Below are positions 1 to 11,397 of a stretch of DNA of 64,000 nucleotides, in pieces. This DNA comes from Trypanosoma brucei (taxonomy: Eukaryota), in the NCBI GenBank assembly GCA_000002445.1, contig CH464491.1, forward strand, positions 2,144,001 through 2,208,000, read 5' to 3'. Every line of letters starts with the position of its first letter. Positions within the stretch are counted from its first letter, which is position 1. The position numbers and the translations under genes are program-made. The notes below the pieces were generated by a model. The model searched no databases, had not been told where the DNA came from, and saw only the letters and a program-made list of their open reading frames with translations.

Positions 1-1043
1 TCCCCCCGACTAACTGCACGTTCAAACACGTGAAGGGCATCTGTTACGGGAAGGTTATGTTTTAATGCCTTTACCACATCAACAGATGCACGATCCAACG
101 TACCGCAATTACGGAGGCAGGTAAGGTCTCGCATTGCCCCTGAATCGGCCACAACTATGTCCTCATCAGAAGGAATACCGCTCACGAGTTCACCAGCTTT
201 TTTCCCCCCACAATCACGATTATTGCTGCCCCCACTGATGCCATTCATGTTTTCGTCATCATTGTCATCGTCTCCCCCAAGCGTGAAGAGTTCACCGCAG
301 AGTCTTGCAATCCGAAGCTTTATCGTTGCTGTATACATCTCCTGCTGCAACAAATCAGTTCCCGGTGGTGCGGAACCACCAATAAGAACGGGGGGCATTT
401 GCGTCCCAAACGAATGCGGTAAGTAGCGGTAAACCTGAGCCACAAGATGTGAGGCAGTAGCCCAATCCATCGCAGCGGAACCCGCAGTGTACATTGCTTC
501 AAGACGTATAATATTCTCAAACGCACCAATTTGTGATATTATCTGACGATCGTGGGTGGACAAGCCGTCATGGCAATCCTCACTCCTTCTAGCACCTTGC
601 CCGTCAACGGTATCCGCAGGGCCGCTCACACGGTCACGAATAAGCGACACAACCCGATCAGATCCCTCATTTTCCTGGTGCTGAAGGAGACAGAGAGCCT
701 CCTCCCTTTCACGCTTCATTTCGGTGCGACGAATCGCTTCAATGTCTTGCATACGTTTATAACGCTTACGATAACTCTTCTCCTCATTCATAATGGCCTT
801 GTACACGTCACGGTTCTCACGCTTTGTCTTGCGGTCTCGTGTAATCATCGTGTACAGTCTGCTCTCGTGCAGGTACGGATCCCCGACAAAAAGTGATGGA
901 TCGTGAAAAAGGGTACGAACAACTTTTGTTGCAGCATGAAGCTCATCCAATGTAAACCCCCAACGCGCCTCACGTGCCGCTAACGTCATTTCCTCTCCTG
1001 CCACCTCCTGTGGTAAAGACTTTCCCTCATCCCCGTCACTCAT
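1..1043 (-). CDS. N-terminal ~347 codons of a protein-coding gene that runs off the window start (hypothetical protein; C-terminus outside window)
   Basis: ATG at 1043-1041 (complement), then an unbroken minus-strand frame to position 3, checked codon by codon with no tta/cta/tca in frame. Composition is non-repetitive and protein-like. Missing from the ORF track because it has no in-window stop. Confidence 0.55.
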   Translation of the reverse strand, partial: MSDGDEGKSLPQEVAGEEMTLAAREARWGFTLDELHAATKVVRTLFHDPSLFVGDPYLHESRLYTMITRDRKTKRENRDVYKAIMNEEKSYRKRYKRMQDIEAIRRTEMKREREEALCLLQHQENEGSDRVVSLIRDRVSGPADTVDGQGARRSEDCHDGLSTHDRQIISQIGAFENIIRLEAMYTAGSAAMDWATASHLVAQVYRYLPHSFGTQMPPVLIGGSAPPGTDLLQQEMYTATIKLRIARLCGELFTLGGDDDNDDENMNGISGGSNNRDCGGKKAGELVSGIPSDEDIVVADSGAMRDLTCLRNCGTLDRASVDVVKALKHNLPVTDALHVFERAVSRG

Positions 1044-1762
1044 TGAGTCAACCTCCGGGGACGGTTTACCACCGATTACCTTGCGATATTCAACAAGCAA
1101 AACCAAAAGGAAGAAGTGGGTGATATCCGGCGAAAGAAATAAGTAGAAGTCAAAATAAGATACAGAGAAGTTGGTCAGGCAGAGAGAGAAAGAATAACCA
1201 GAAACGGCGACTGTCCTTCGGCGTTAATCCACCTATAGGCGTTAAGGACTCCGTTATTTTATCGTTTCACTTACTCAACCGTTTATACACACACGCGCAG
1301 CTGCAGAATGAATGCAACCGTGCAGTGCCCTTTTTTGACTCATTATTTTTCCCCGGACGATGCACATTTCATACGTAAATAAAGTAGCGAATCACTTTAC
1401 ACTTGATGGAAGATCTGCACAAACATAACAAACCTTCACCAAAAAGCTCTGTCTGCTTGATACCGCCACGAGGTCGCGAAGGGTTGCAGTGGACTAAGAA
1501 AAAAAAAAGATGAAACGAAGGGGAAAAAGTAAAACCGACAAACATTTGCCGACCGCCACCAAATGCCTCCTAATCTGAATCGAAGCGGTACGCCGCATCA
1601 AATTACTGAGCCCACAACATGTTATTCCCTTCCTTGATCACAACAACCATTCCGCTCACAAACACGCCTGGCAAATGAAGTGCCCCCGTTGACCAACAAA
1701 ACAACAGCGAAGACGTCATCACATCGGCTCCCGCTAGCCACTACCTCCATACTTCTTTAACA

Positions 1763-3022
1763 TTACATGCCGCCACCCATCATTGCCGCTAAATCCATTC
1801 CCCCTCCCATACCCATATTTTCCAACATCATCTGTTGCATCATTTGATTCTGCCGCATCTGTTGCAGCTGCTTTCGCCTTGCTTCTTCATCCGCCATGCG
1901 GCGCTCCGCGATCTGCGAACGGTAACGCTCCAAATACCTTTGCACCTTGCTTGTGCACTGTGGTACATGCGATAGAAGTTGCACGAGCACCTCAGCACGA
2001 TCCCGCAGGACCTTGTCTGACGCACGGCACCAAATTTCGAACATGGTAGAAATTATGTCTGTCTTTTCCGCCACGTTATGGAAAAACTTCGGCCCTTCTT
2101 TGCTGTCGAACATAACCAACAGAATTGAAAGAACGGAATTGATTATACGTGGATCACTTGTTGCGGAAAAGTTTTCGGCCAGCCGGCAGAGGTTTTCTTC
2201 CTCTGCCAACTCTGCGTGGCCTATGCCCGATCGAGCGAGGTAGCGGATCGTCATGATGCAATGTTCCGCAACACCCTGATTGTTATGCTCGAGAAGGCGC
2301 AAGAAATACGAAATTCCGCTGTGCCCATCAAGTCCGCGCCCAATCACAACAGCACCAGCGCGTAGTGCACAGACATTTGCAAATATGCCTGTAAGGGAGC
2401 TGAGGAGCACAATTGAGCTCTGTGGATTCAGCACACGGAGCATCTTCACGGTTGCTGGAATGCGAGCCAACGCATAAGCTCCCTCTGACCCGACAGGGAC
2501 ATCCGTATCGAGTATAACCTCCGAATCGTCTACACGCGTGAGTGTGTGCAAAACCTCCGCCGTCTCTTCGAGAAGTGGTTGCAACCCCTGCCGGTGTGCC
2601 TCGCTCAGTGTCGTAAGAAGAGTACGATAACCGCCCAACATGTACAACTTTCGATGGCCCGCTGCGTCGGCGCCGAAAATGACAACAAGTGCCTTGATCG
2701 CCGCTCTTACAACAGTCGCGTTGGAGCCATCTTTTTGCAAGGCGGCGAGACGCACAAGTGTGGAGCCATGTCTTTCAGCAGAGAGGCGAGTCATACCTTT
2801 CTTCTGGGCGGATTCTTCCTTTATTTTGGAAACGATTTTGGCAATGGCAGTCTCGCTCTCACATCCCGTCTGAGCCGTACTAATTGCTTTGAAGTCAGCA
2901 TCCAGTGATGATAGAAGGTCGTACCGCTCGTGGTAAAGTGAAAATAGAGAGGCGAAGGAGAGGGCCGCGACACCTCCACGGAAGAGGAACTTCCAAATTT
3001 CTGGGTTGATCGGCGACTCCAT
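1763..3022 (-). CDS. Hypothetical alpha-helical (ARM/HEAT-like) protein with a Q/M/G-rich C-terminal tail
   Basis: 442-aa ORF in the track. The first 23 codons are translated from a pyrimidine-rich tract, so the likely start is the Met at 3022 (MESPINPEIW...). Non-repetitive helical composition and a QQMRQNQMMQQMM..GMGGGM tail. Confidence 0.6.
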   Translation of the reverse strand: MESPINPEIWKFLFRGGVAALSFASLFSLYHERYDLLSSLDADFKAISTAQTGCESETAIAKIVSKIKEESAQKKGMTRLSAERHGSTLVRLAALQKDGSNATVVRAAIKALVVIFGADAAGHRKLYMLGGYRTLLTTLSEAHRQGLQPLLEETAEVLHTLTRVDDSEVILDTDVPVGSEGAYALARIPATVKMLRVLNPQSSIVLLSSLTGIFANVCALRAGAVVIGRGLDGHSGISYFLRLLEHNNQGVAEHCIMTIRYLARSGIGHAELAEEENLCRLAENFSATSDPRIINSVLSILLVMFDSKEGPKFFHNVAEKTDIISTMFEIWCRASDKVLRDRAEVLVQLLSHVPQCTSKVQRYLERYRSQIAERRMADEEARRKQLQQMRQNQMMQQMMLENMGMGGGMDLAAMMGGGM

Positions 3023-3190
3023 ACCACACTTTATAATTTTCCCTCCTCTTATTTTGTTCTCGCCTCCCTTGCTCCTTTTCGACAGCAACACAAGTTTACC
3101 GATTAATGATTACTCGTTATGTGACTAACTCACTCTTCTACTTGTGCGATAGTATTAACCACCCTTAGACACCAATAGGGGAAAATGGTA

Positions 3191-3201
3191 TAAATAAATA
3201 A

Positions 3202-3241
<40 letters not shown>

Positions 3242-3250
3242 TTATTTATG
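3191..3250. repeat. (AAAT)n(TA)n(ATTT)n compound microsatellite
   Basis: taaataaataaatacatacatatatatatatatatatatatatatatatttatttatttatg. Confidence 0.9.
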
Positions 3251-3616
3251 GGCAGTCAATCAAAAAAGACGCACAATACAAGTGAAAAAAAAAAATCAGT
3301 GCACCATGAGGTGTGTAACGAACCGAGTGCGCTGAGATATTGATGGTGAAAAGTGATAAGTGGCAGGTGATTGGGGGGAGGAATGTCGATATGTCTCATC
3401 CCTCACAGCCGCTTCGGATGTCGTCTGGCATATATCAAAAGTAAACAGACATATATATTCATGTAGCGAGAGCAGAAGCCGGAAAAGTGAACTTGGATGC
3501 GGATAAAGCATTGAACATACTCCCTGAGGGAAACGAAAGATGGAAGGATAGAAAACACCGTATCATACCTCACTCCTGGCAGAGAACCAATGCTTTGATC
3601 TGTGCATTTGTAGATG

Positions 3617-4183
3617 CTAAAGATACGGCGCCACCGGCCGCTCTGCAGCGCGTTCTTCCTCAGTCTTAACCATGCTATTCTCATAATTCAAATATTTTTC
3701 CCGGGCCATAACATCCTCATCTTTCCGGTTCGCAAGATAATATCGCATCAAACTTTCCTTGTCGAAGAGTGGCTTTGGCATAATTTTCGAGTTTTGCGTT
3801 AATGAAGGGGGAAGCAACCCCGCCTTCGCCAGAAGTGCCCATGGTTTCATCGACAATCGGCATCGCTTAACACCAAACCAATACTTAAAGGCATCGATAT
3901 CCACCGTTGTTAACATAAACAAGTGACGGTCCTGTGCCACAGGGGTATCAGGGGACCAAAGAGACTTCTGCGGGTGTGGGCAGTGCTTTCCAAGATAATG
4001 CAGCAATCGAATATCGGAGTTGCGCCGCTTGTGTGTGTGCTCCACTACGAGATCGTACGACTGGAATTTCCATACAACATGATGTCCACGCATGCGAATG
4101 ATCGGTGCCCCAGGTGCACCCCATAACTGTGGTGAGCGCCGCTTAATTACAGCCCTCGCAAGCACCGTTTCTGTCACTTGCAT
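3617..4183 (-). CDS. Hypothetical basic protein (188 aa); possibly a mitochondrial ribosomal or RNA-associated protein
   Basis: Complete ORF on the PTU strand with lysine/arginine-rich, non-repetitive composition. No diagnostic motif recognised. Confidence 0.4.
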   Translation of the reverse strand: MQVTETVLARAVIKRRSPQLWGAPGAPIIRMRGHHVVWKFQSYDLVVEHTHKRRNSDIRLLHYLGKHCPHPQKSLWSPDTPVAQDRHLFMLTTVDIDAFKYWFGVKRCRLSMKPWALLAKAGLLPPSLTQNSKIMPKPLFDKESLMRYYLANRKDEDVMAREKYLNYENSMVKTEEERAAERPVAPYL

Positions 4184-5677
4184 GTTGCAACGTGTGTAAC
4201 TTCTCAGAAGTTATGTTATGGAATGCCAAAGCACTTTAAACGGCACCAAAAAAAAAAAAAGAAAAAAGAAAGAGGCGAGACTGTGAGAGGAGAAGCGCTA
4301 AAGAACACGGAGGCTCAAAGGCGCGCGCTCAACCTGTCACTTCCTAATGCTGTGGGCACGATACTTCCCCTCTACCCTACAAAAAAAAAAAAAAGATTCT
4401 TTTCTGTCTATAAAGTCGTTTTCAACTGGAATGAAAATAAGGTTGAACAAAAACGAAGAAGAAGCAAAGTGGGGATGGTTTCTTTTTCTTTTTTTTCCCA
4501 CACCCATCGACAAGAGAAAAAAACATCACACACTTCACTTGAAGCAGAAAACTTCCAGTGGCAAGTTGCACTTCCCAAAGGTACAAACCGAGTGAACGCG
4601 TACACGCAAGCACGAAAAAGCATGGGATGAAAGGTGCAACTCCTCCCTCTGCATACATTATGGTTGAACAGTAAACGGTGGTACAAGTATATAAAGCGTA
4701 CAGTAAATAGTTCAAGACACACCACATACTTTTTCACAAGGCAAAAAAGAGGGGGGAAAAAAAAGAGAACAAAAAAAAGCGGTAAAATATTTTTTAAAAA
4801 ACGGATGGCAATACATCAGCCTCCATATATAAATATACACGTATGCACACAGGTATTTGTATTAAAATGTGATTACATTAAGGGGCAATTACAGGGTAAC
4901 CATAGACAAATTTGACTTTACCTGTGGTTTACTCTCGGTACAAGTAAAGAAGAAAAGCGAAGGGAAAAAAAAGGAGGAAGAAATTCCTCCTGACCTCAAC
5001 ACACGACAGTAACAATTAAGACGAAGACACTCCCAGTCACATCAACCGCCGCATAAATTTTTTGTAGTTAATTCTCCTTCTTCCCCTAATTTCCATCTTG
5101 AATCCTTTTTTATACGCATCGCTGAAAAACCAGCTTTTCGCCCAGGTCAAAGCATTAACCCTCAGTACGGTCTCAGTCACAAATACAAATGGTGCTTGCG
5201 TCTCCCTCCTCCATCAGGAACCACATGAGTTCAAGAAAAAGGGGGAATTAAAAAAAAATAATTGTCGGGTTAGAATTGGAAAGGGGAATTGAAAGCGGAG
5301 TGAAGTGGAAGGGAAGAAAAATGACCAACCTAATCGAATATGTACAAATAACACTTAAACAATTATATATAATAATATACGTTGGGTACAATACAATGGC
5401 GTGATTGTTGAATCAAAGCAATAATACAAGAAATAAAAAAAAGAACAAAACATCACAGCCAGTGAAAGAAACAAAAACACTACGAGACACAACCACACAC
5501 GCCAACAGGGTTACCTTTCTTATTTTTTTTTTTGTTACGCCCCCTTTGGGGTTGTTTTTGCTGTTACTGTCATTATTTCTTTTCTTTTCTTTTCTTTTTT
5601 TCTAAAATTTCTTTCGGAAAAAAAAAACCCCCGTTTCTGCCCTGCCGTGTGTTGTTAATGTCGAGCTCACGGAACCT

Positions 5678-6397
5678 TCATACACGACGCAGTCCCCGCC
5701 GCATACCGACAGCGAGAGCCAAATAACCCAAAACCCCCGGCGCAACCCCACCGAATCCGAGTTTTGTCGACACATGTCGCATTCGATTCTCCACAAGATA
5801 ACTTAAGTCGTCGGCATTTACCACACCATCACCATTGGCATCAGCAAGTTCTTTTACCTTTCGCTTGAAAGCCGCCTCCAGCAGCTGTTGCTCGATAAAA
5901 TTCCTCTGCGCCAAAAATTGCAAACCGGTGTAGACGGTGGCTCCGGCCAGTGTAATGAAATATTTCCTCGCATACACGCGTCGAATAACGCGACCGGTGA
6001 GGTATCCGGAGCCAATACCAACCAACCATTGACCAGCCCATGGAATTACCGTGTCGAGAGTGTCGCTGTTGTTACGAATTGCTCCTTTTAGTTTGCTTTC
6101 GTATATGGTTTGAAGGTCCCGTGGCGTGACATGTCCATCACCATCGGCGTCCAGCGCCTTGACAAGTCCTTCCGACATGCGCCTTCCCGCATCGCTCTCC
6201 ACAAACATGCGGACATCCTCATGGGAGGACATTCGGCCAATGAGTTTATCTTTCAAATCAAAAATGTAATTGAAGAGTGGAAGTGTCTCATCTTGTTTGT
6301 GTGGCCTCCCAAATGTTGCAATGTAGTCGAGAGCATTTTCCAAATCTTTAGAATTTAACATTTTCTGCCGCTGTTGCTGGTGTTGTTCCGTCGCCAT
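5678..6397 (-). CDS. FUN14-like membrane protein with two EF-hand-like DxDGDG loops and a C-terminal TM segment
   Basis: Loops DADGDGHVTPRDL and DANGDGVVNADDL. A glycine-zipper segment (GIGSGYLTGR...LAGATVYTGLQFL) resembles the FUN14 domain. Hydrophobic C-terminus GVAPGVLGYLALAVG. A purine-rich tract at 6540-6850 (polypyrimidine on the minus strand) is the likely splice-acceptor region. Confidence 0.5.
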   Translation of the reverse strand: MATEQHQQQRQKMLNSKDLENALDYIATFGRPHKQDETLPLFNYIFDLKDKLIGRMSSHEDVRMFVESDAGRRMSEGLVKALDADGDGHVTPRDLQTIYESKLKGAIRNNSDTLDTVIPWAGQWLVGIGSGYLTGRVIRRVYARKYFITLAGATVYTGLQFLAQRNFIEQQLLEAAFKRKVKELADANGDGVVNADDLSYLVENRMRHVSTKLGFGGVAPGVLGYLALAVGMRRGLRRV

Positions 6398-9300
6398 TTT
6401 TTTTGTTTTTTGTTTGTTTGTTGCTTGTGTTGTTTTGTTTTGTTTTTGCTTCCTAGTAAAAAAACTTCCACACGCACAAGTTATTCCACCCTTTTGGACC
6501 TCTGTTCCTTTTCTTTTTGTCTATGGATATGTTAATATGTATGGCCTTCAAAGGGGTCTTATGAAAGCAAAATAATAATAATAATAATGTTGCCTAAAAC
6601 CTTGAGTTTCCTTCCTTTTTCCCTTAATTAATAATGTTTGCACTAATAACGCAGTAGGGAAGCTGAAGGGGTGTGCAATTGAGAAGATTGAGGGTAAAAG
6701 AGAAAAAGAGAAAAAGAAATATAATAACCCCGCGCATAAGCGTGAAGGACAAAGTGACTGGAAGGGAGAAGGAAAATAAAGAAAAGGAGTGTGAAAAGAG
6801 GGGAAATAAGAGGGGGGGGAGGAAATGAGAGGAACCGTTAAATAGAAGATAGTGAAAGAACGTAAAAATTATTAGTATAAATAATAAAAAGAAACGTAAA
6901 TTTATTAAATGCTCTTCGTGGTGGGTGAAAGGCTACCATCATGCTCAGGGATCATGAAGAAAAGAAGCAGAGGGATTATTTTTTTTTTTTGCGGCATACG
7001 TGTGTTTGTGTTTTTTTTCGGAATGTGGGGAAGTGGCGGGAATTTGTTGTTTTTTTTTTTTTAAAAAAAAGAAAAAGAAAAACAGAAAGAGGAATGAAGC
7101 GCGTTGGAGGGGGGGGGGGGTGGCGGGCACAAGTGGTAATGAACAGCTACATCCCCACAGTTCAATAAACTCGTTTAATGTTGAACGGAGAATAATGAAT
7201 GGTAAAAACAGACAGACAAACAACAACGAAAAATAGAAGAAAAAGACGGAACAAAAATGAATATCGAAGCCCATGGCTTATCTCCACAATACGCAAATAT
7301 ATAAATATATAAATATATTTACATGTATTTATTGACTCCCTCCCCACACACACCTTCCTCCGTACCTCTGTACGCAAAGAAAAGAAAAAAAAAGAAAAAA
7401 TGCGAATGACCGCAGCCATCCACAACTCAAGTGAATGACGAAACAAACGAAAAATAATTCCTCCACTGGGGTTTGCCACCACTCGCAACCCGCTAGTCTC
7501 CCAACCACAATAAATGGAAACAATAGTAAGTGCAATGAGTAGAAAAAACAAAAAAACAAAAAAACAAAAAACAAAAAACAAAAAACATACGAATTGCAAT
7601 TTTAAAAAAAAACGACCAAAAAAGCGGGTAAAACAGGGGAGGATGGAAAGAAAGAGTTTAAGTGCCTCCTGCACTCCTTTTGTTCATTTATTTCCTTTTG
7701 GTTTTTTTTTCGTTTATTCAACGGTACAAACCGAAATATCTGTGTATTATTAGTTACTTTTTGTTCTCCTAAACCTACACTCTCAAACCAAGCAAACAAA
7801 CACAAACACAAGCACACACATACGTACATGAATTAATAACAATAACAATAATAATAGCACTCTGTTTTGTCGTGCATATTATATGTATGATGTATAACAT
7901 ATTTTCTCAAACAAAACAAAACAAAACACTTCAAGCAGTATCCTAAGCGCAAATTTTTTTTTAAAAAACGCCCGTAAAACCGAAAAAAAAACAAAGGGGA
8001 AGAGGAAGGGGGTGGGTGAATACCACCGGCATTGCCAGGTTGAATCAGTACCTCAAGCAACAGTTTGTGATGTATTAATTCAAATATTCGTGCGTGAAGC
8101 GTATAATTGAGTTTCTGGACACGCAAGCGGTGGGAATATGCAACACAAAAGAAAAAAAAGAAAGAAAAAAAAGAAAAAAGTGGTGTGGCATATAACGCAG
8201 TGAAACGGTACAGCAAAAACAGAAGGAATCGCATGAGGCATTCAACAAAAGTAGAAAAGGAAACAAAAGAATGAAACGAATTATTCGCCAACGCGAGTTT
8301 GAGTAAAAGGAAGAGATAATAACAAGTGGTTAACAGCTCGCCTCCCCTCCTCCTATACATACATAAACACATGTGCCTTTCCCCCAAAAAAAACCTTCTC
8401 AAAAAAGTAAGAAACGAAAAAAAAAAGTAAGAAGAAAAAAAAAACACCGAAAACGAGTGAGGAACAAAAAAAAACATCAAAGTAAATTTTAAAAAAAAAG
8501 AAAAGAAAAAAGAAAAAAGAGAAGACAAGCGGAACTCCAAAAGGTCCATTATTTCTCCTCCTCCGTCCCACCGGAACGCACCATTTGCAACAACAACAAC
8601 CAAAAAAAAAAGAAAAAAAATGAAACAAATAATGAGCCGCTCTCATGCAAGAGATAAAAAAAGGAGACGGGGGAGGTCGTATAAACAAGAGTTCGAAAAG
8701 AAACTAAAACGAACAAAAAGAAAAAAAGAAAACAAAAGAAGATATATGCGGTTATTAACAACTTGTCCCGCAGTACGTCCCGCAATATTTCAACATTTGG
8801 CCCCAGTTTGGATAATTTCATCAGACAATTTCATCACCGAACTCCTCATGACTAAATTGACCCAATGCAATTCTCATTATTATTTTATTATTTTGCTCTT
8901 TGTTGTTTCTTTTTTTTTTTGTCGACTTTCTTCACAACCTCAAAACTGTGAAATTCAAAGTGATCACTGTTGTTTGTTTTTCTTTGTTTATTGTACCCAT
9001 GTGAGAAGTACCAAATAAAGCAATGAAAGCAACAACCCCAGCAATAATAGTAATTAGTAATGAGAAAAACAGGAGAGATAATAAAAGAACTTTGAAAAAA
9101 AAAAAGAAAGAGAGAAATAAATACAACAAACAAAACACAACATCAATAAGAAGTAACAATAAATATAATAATTATAATAATTATAATTATGGTAATAATG
9201 ATGATAACAACAACAACAACAACAAATGGCCTAAAGGATGTATCACAGAGCTAACAACTTCCATGCCCCATCCAGAAAAAACTTCCAACTTTGGGCCACA

Positions 9301-9969
9301 TAATGCAAAAGAAGTGACGTAAGAGGTGAGAAGAAAAGAAGGATTTAAAAAGAAAAAAAAGTAAAAAAGAAGTAAAAAAGGATTACGGCAAACAACAACG
9401 ATGAAACCATTGGCCACCTTTTCAAAGTAAGTTTTATTGTTTTCATTTTTTTTTTCATTTTTTTAATTTTTTTTTTTTAAATCTTTCTTTTCTTCTCACC
9501 TCCTTCTTTGGCATACCCCCTGCCGCGGACTGTCACCTTTGCAGAAACTGGCAAGGTACTCGTCCTTTTAAAAAAAAAAAAACAATAAAAGATCAAAAAG
9601 AAAATTTTCGACTTTATCGAACTCTTTTACATGCACCATCAGCTGTGCTTCATTCTATCATTAAATATTTTTCTTTCTTTTGTTCTTTAAATATTACTCG
9701 AACACGTCAATAATTCCCAACAACTGCAATTGAGCCTCACAATACGCCTTGCCTCCTGTTACCGACACCGATGCGACACAACAAAGCCACATGTATATAT
9801 ATATATGTATATATATGTATATATATGACTACAAATACGAACACAGAATTTTTTTTCAGAAATCAGAGTAAAAACGTAAAAAGAAAAAAAAAGATGTTAG
9901 TAAATAAGGTTTCCCCCATCACTATTAGACGCGCCCTTATATTATACATAATTTCTTCCTAAACACACA

Positions 9970-10007
<38 letters not shown>

Positions 10008-11362
10008 TATATTATTATATATATATATTGCCTTATCCCGCCACTAAATAATAATCCATTAATCCACTAACCGACCCCGCATTAATGTCAAGACGATTTC
10101 TTCCCTCATTATTTTTCGTTCATTATTTTTTTTTAAATAATTTGCATATTCTTTCGTTTCTCTTCTTTTAAAAAAAAAAAAAATACTTTAATCATCCCTT
10201 AAAATACGGACAGTCGCGCAAAGCGGATAATGACAGTAACAACAACAACTACTACTACGTAAACGCCAGTATAATTTGCTTTTCAACTTTTTTTTTTTTT
10301 TACATCTGTACCGCAGTAATTGACACCAAAAAAAAAAAAGGTACACACGCAATAATGTGGGGGGGGGGAGAAAAAAAAAAACAGAAAGTTGTCAAAACGG
10401 TAAAAAAAAAAAAATGATGGGCGTCGCCCGCTCCTCCTCCTCCTCCTCTTCCACCTCCTTTTCACACACATCAGCAAATGTAAAGGCAACCGCAAATGGT
10501 AATTTTTCACACATATACACACAAAAAACAATAAATATTGTTGTTATTATTATTATTATTATTAGTTTTCTTTTCTTTAAAAAAAAAAAACATTTGCCGC
10601 AACGTACATACAGGAAAACATATGTGCGGAAAAAAGTAAGGAGGAGGAAATGGTGGGACCAAAATAAAGAAAAAACAAAAAAAAGAGAACAACAACAACA
10701 ATAATAATAATAATAATAACAGTGTTAATAGTAAGATATTATGAACTACATTAATAACGACAATAATAATAATAATAGTAATAATAATTTTAATAGTGAC
10801 TTACAAGGGGGGAAAAAAAAAACCACGGCGCGCACAGACACACAAACACATAAAAACATACACGTGTATGTGTGTATGCCTTCCCTGCTCTATTATTATT
10901 CTTTTTTTTTTTGTAAAATAATTAATTATATATTTTGTTATCATTAATTTGTTTTCTTTTCTTTGTTTCAATATATTTATTTTTCATTCCCTTTTGTTTG
11001 TCCGTTTTGTCAAAAATGCGGGACCCGTATATTTACATCTTTTGTTCCCACACATTCTTTCTTTCCTTCTTTTTTTCCTGCCCCCCCCCACCTCCCCTCA
11101 ACTGTAATGTAACTCACATCACATCACACATTACATGCGCTCAAACTTCACCTGGTCAAAAAAAAAAAAATGATGATAAAATGGGAGACAAACGTAAGAA
11201 CAACAACAAGAAGAAATAAAGTGAAATAAAAAGAAAAGAAAACATCCCGTCAATTTTCCATTTTATTCAACTGCTTGTGCATTTGATCTTATTTCTTTTT
11301 CTTTTCTCCCTCTTTTTCTCTCTTGTCATTATTATTTCTTCACTTCCCCTCTCCATTCCTCC

Positions 11363-11397
<35 letters not shown>

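Noticed and set aside
552-896. 114-aa plus-strand ORF
   Set aside because: It lies entirely within a continuous minus-strand reading frame (1-1043) that has a proper ATG and protein-like composition, so it is an antisense chance ORF.
3023-3091. N-terminal extensions of track ORFs (1763..3091 first 23 codons; 36154..36627 first 8 codons; 21493..22149 first 45 codons; 33945..34553 first 29 codons)
   Set aside because: The extensions are translated from polypyrimidine or microsatellite sequence typical of trans-splice acceptor regions, so internal Met codons were chosen as starts.
7833-8603. 256-aa ORF, and many similar 60-170-aa ORFs across 6.9-13.6 kb (for example 8353..8688, 7162..7674, 13247..13639)
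   Set aside because: They are Phe/Lys/Asn/Leu-rich translations of poly(dA)/poly(dT) and simple repeats, with no protein-like complexity. They are artefacts of low-complexity sequence.
9195-9320. atgatga (C-box-like) sequences at ~9201 and ~11171 that might indicate C/D snoRNAs in the long spacer
   Set aside because: They are embedded in (AAT)/(AAC) repeats, with no downstream D box (ctga) at a suitable distance and no terminal stem.
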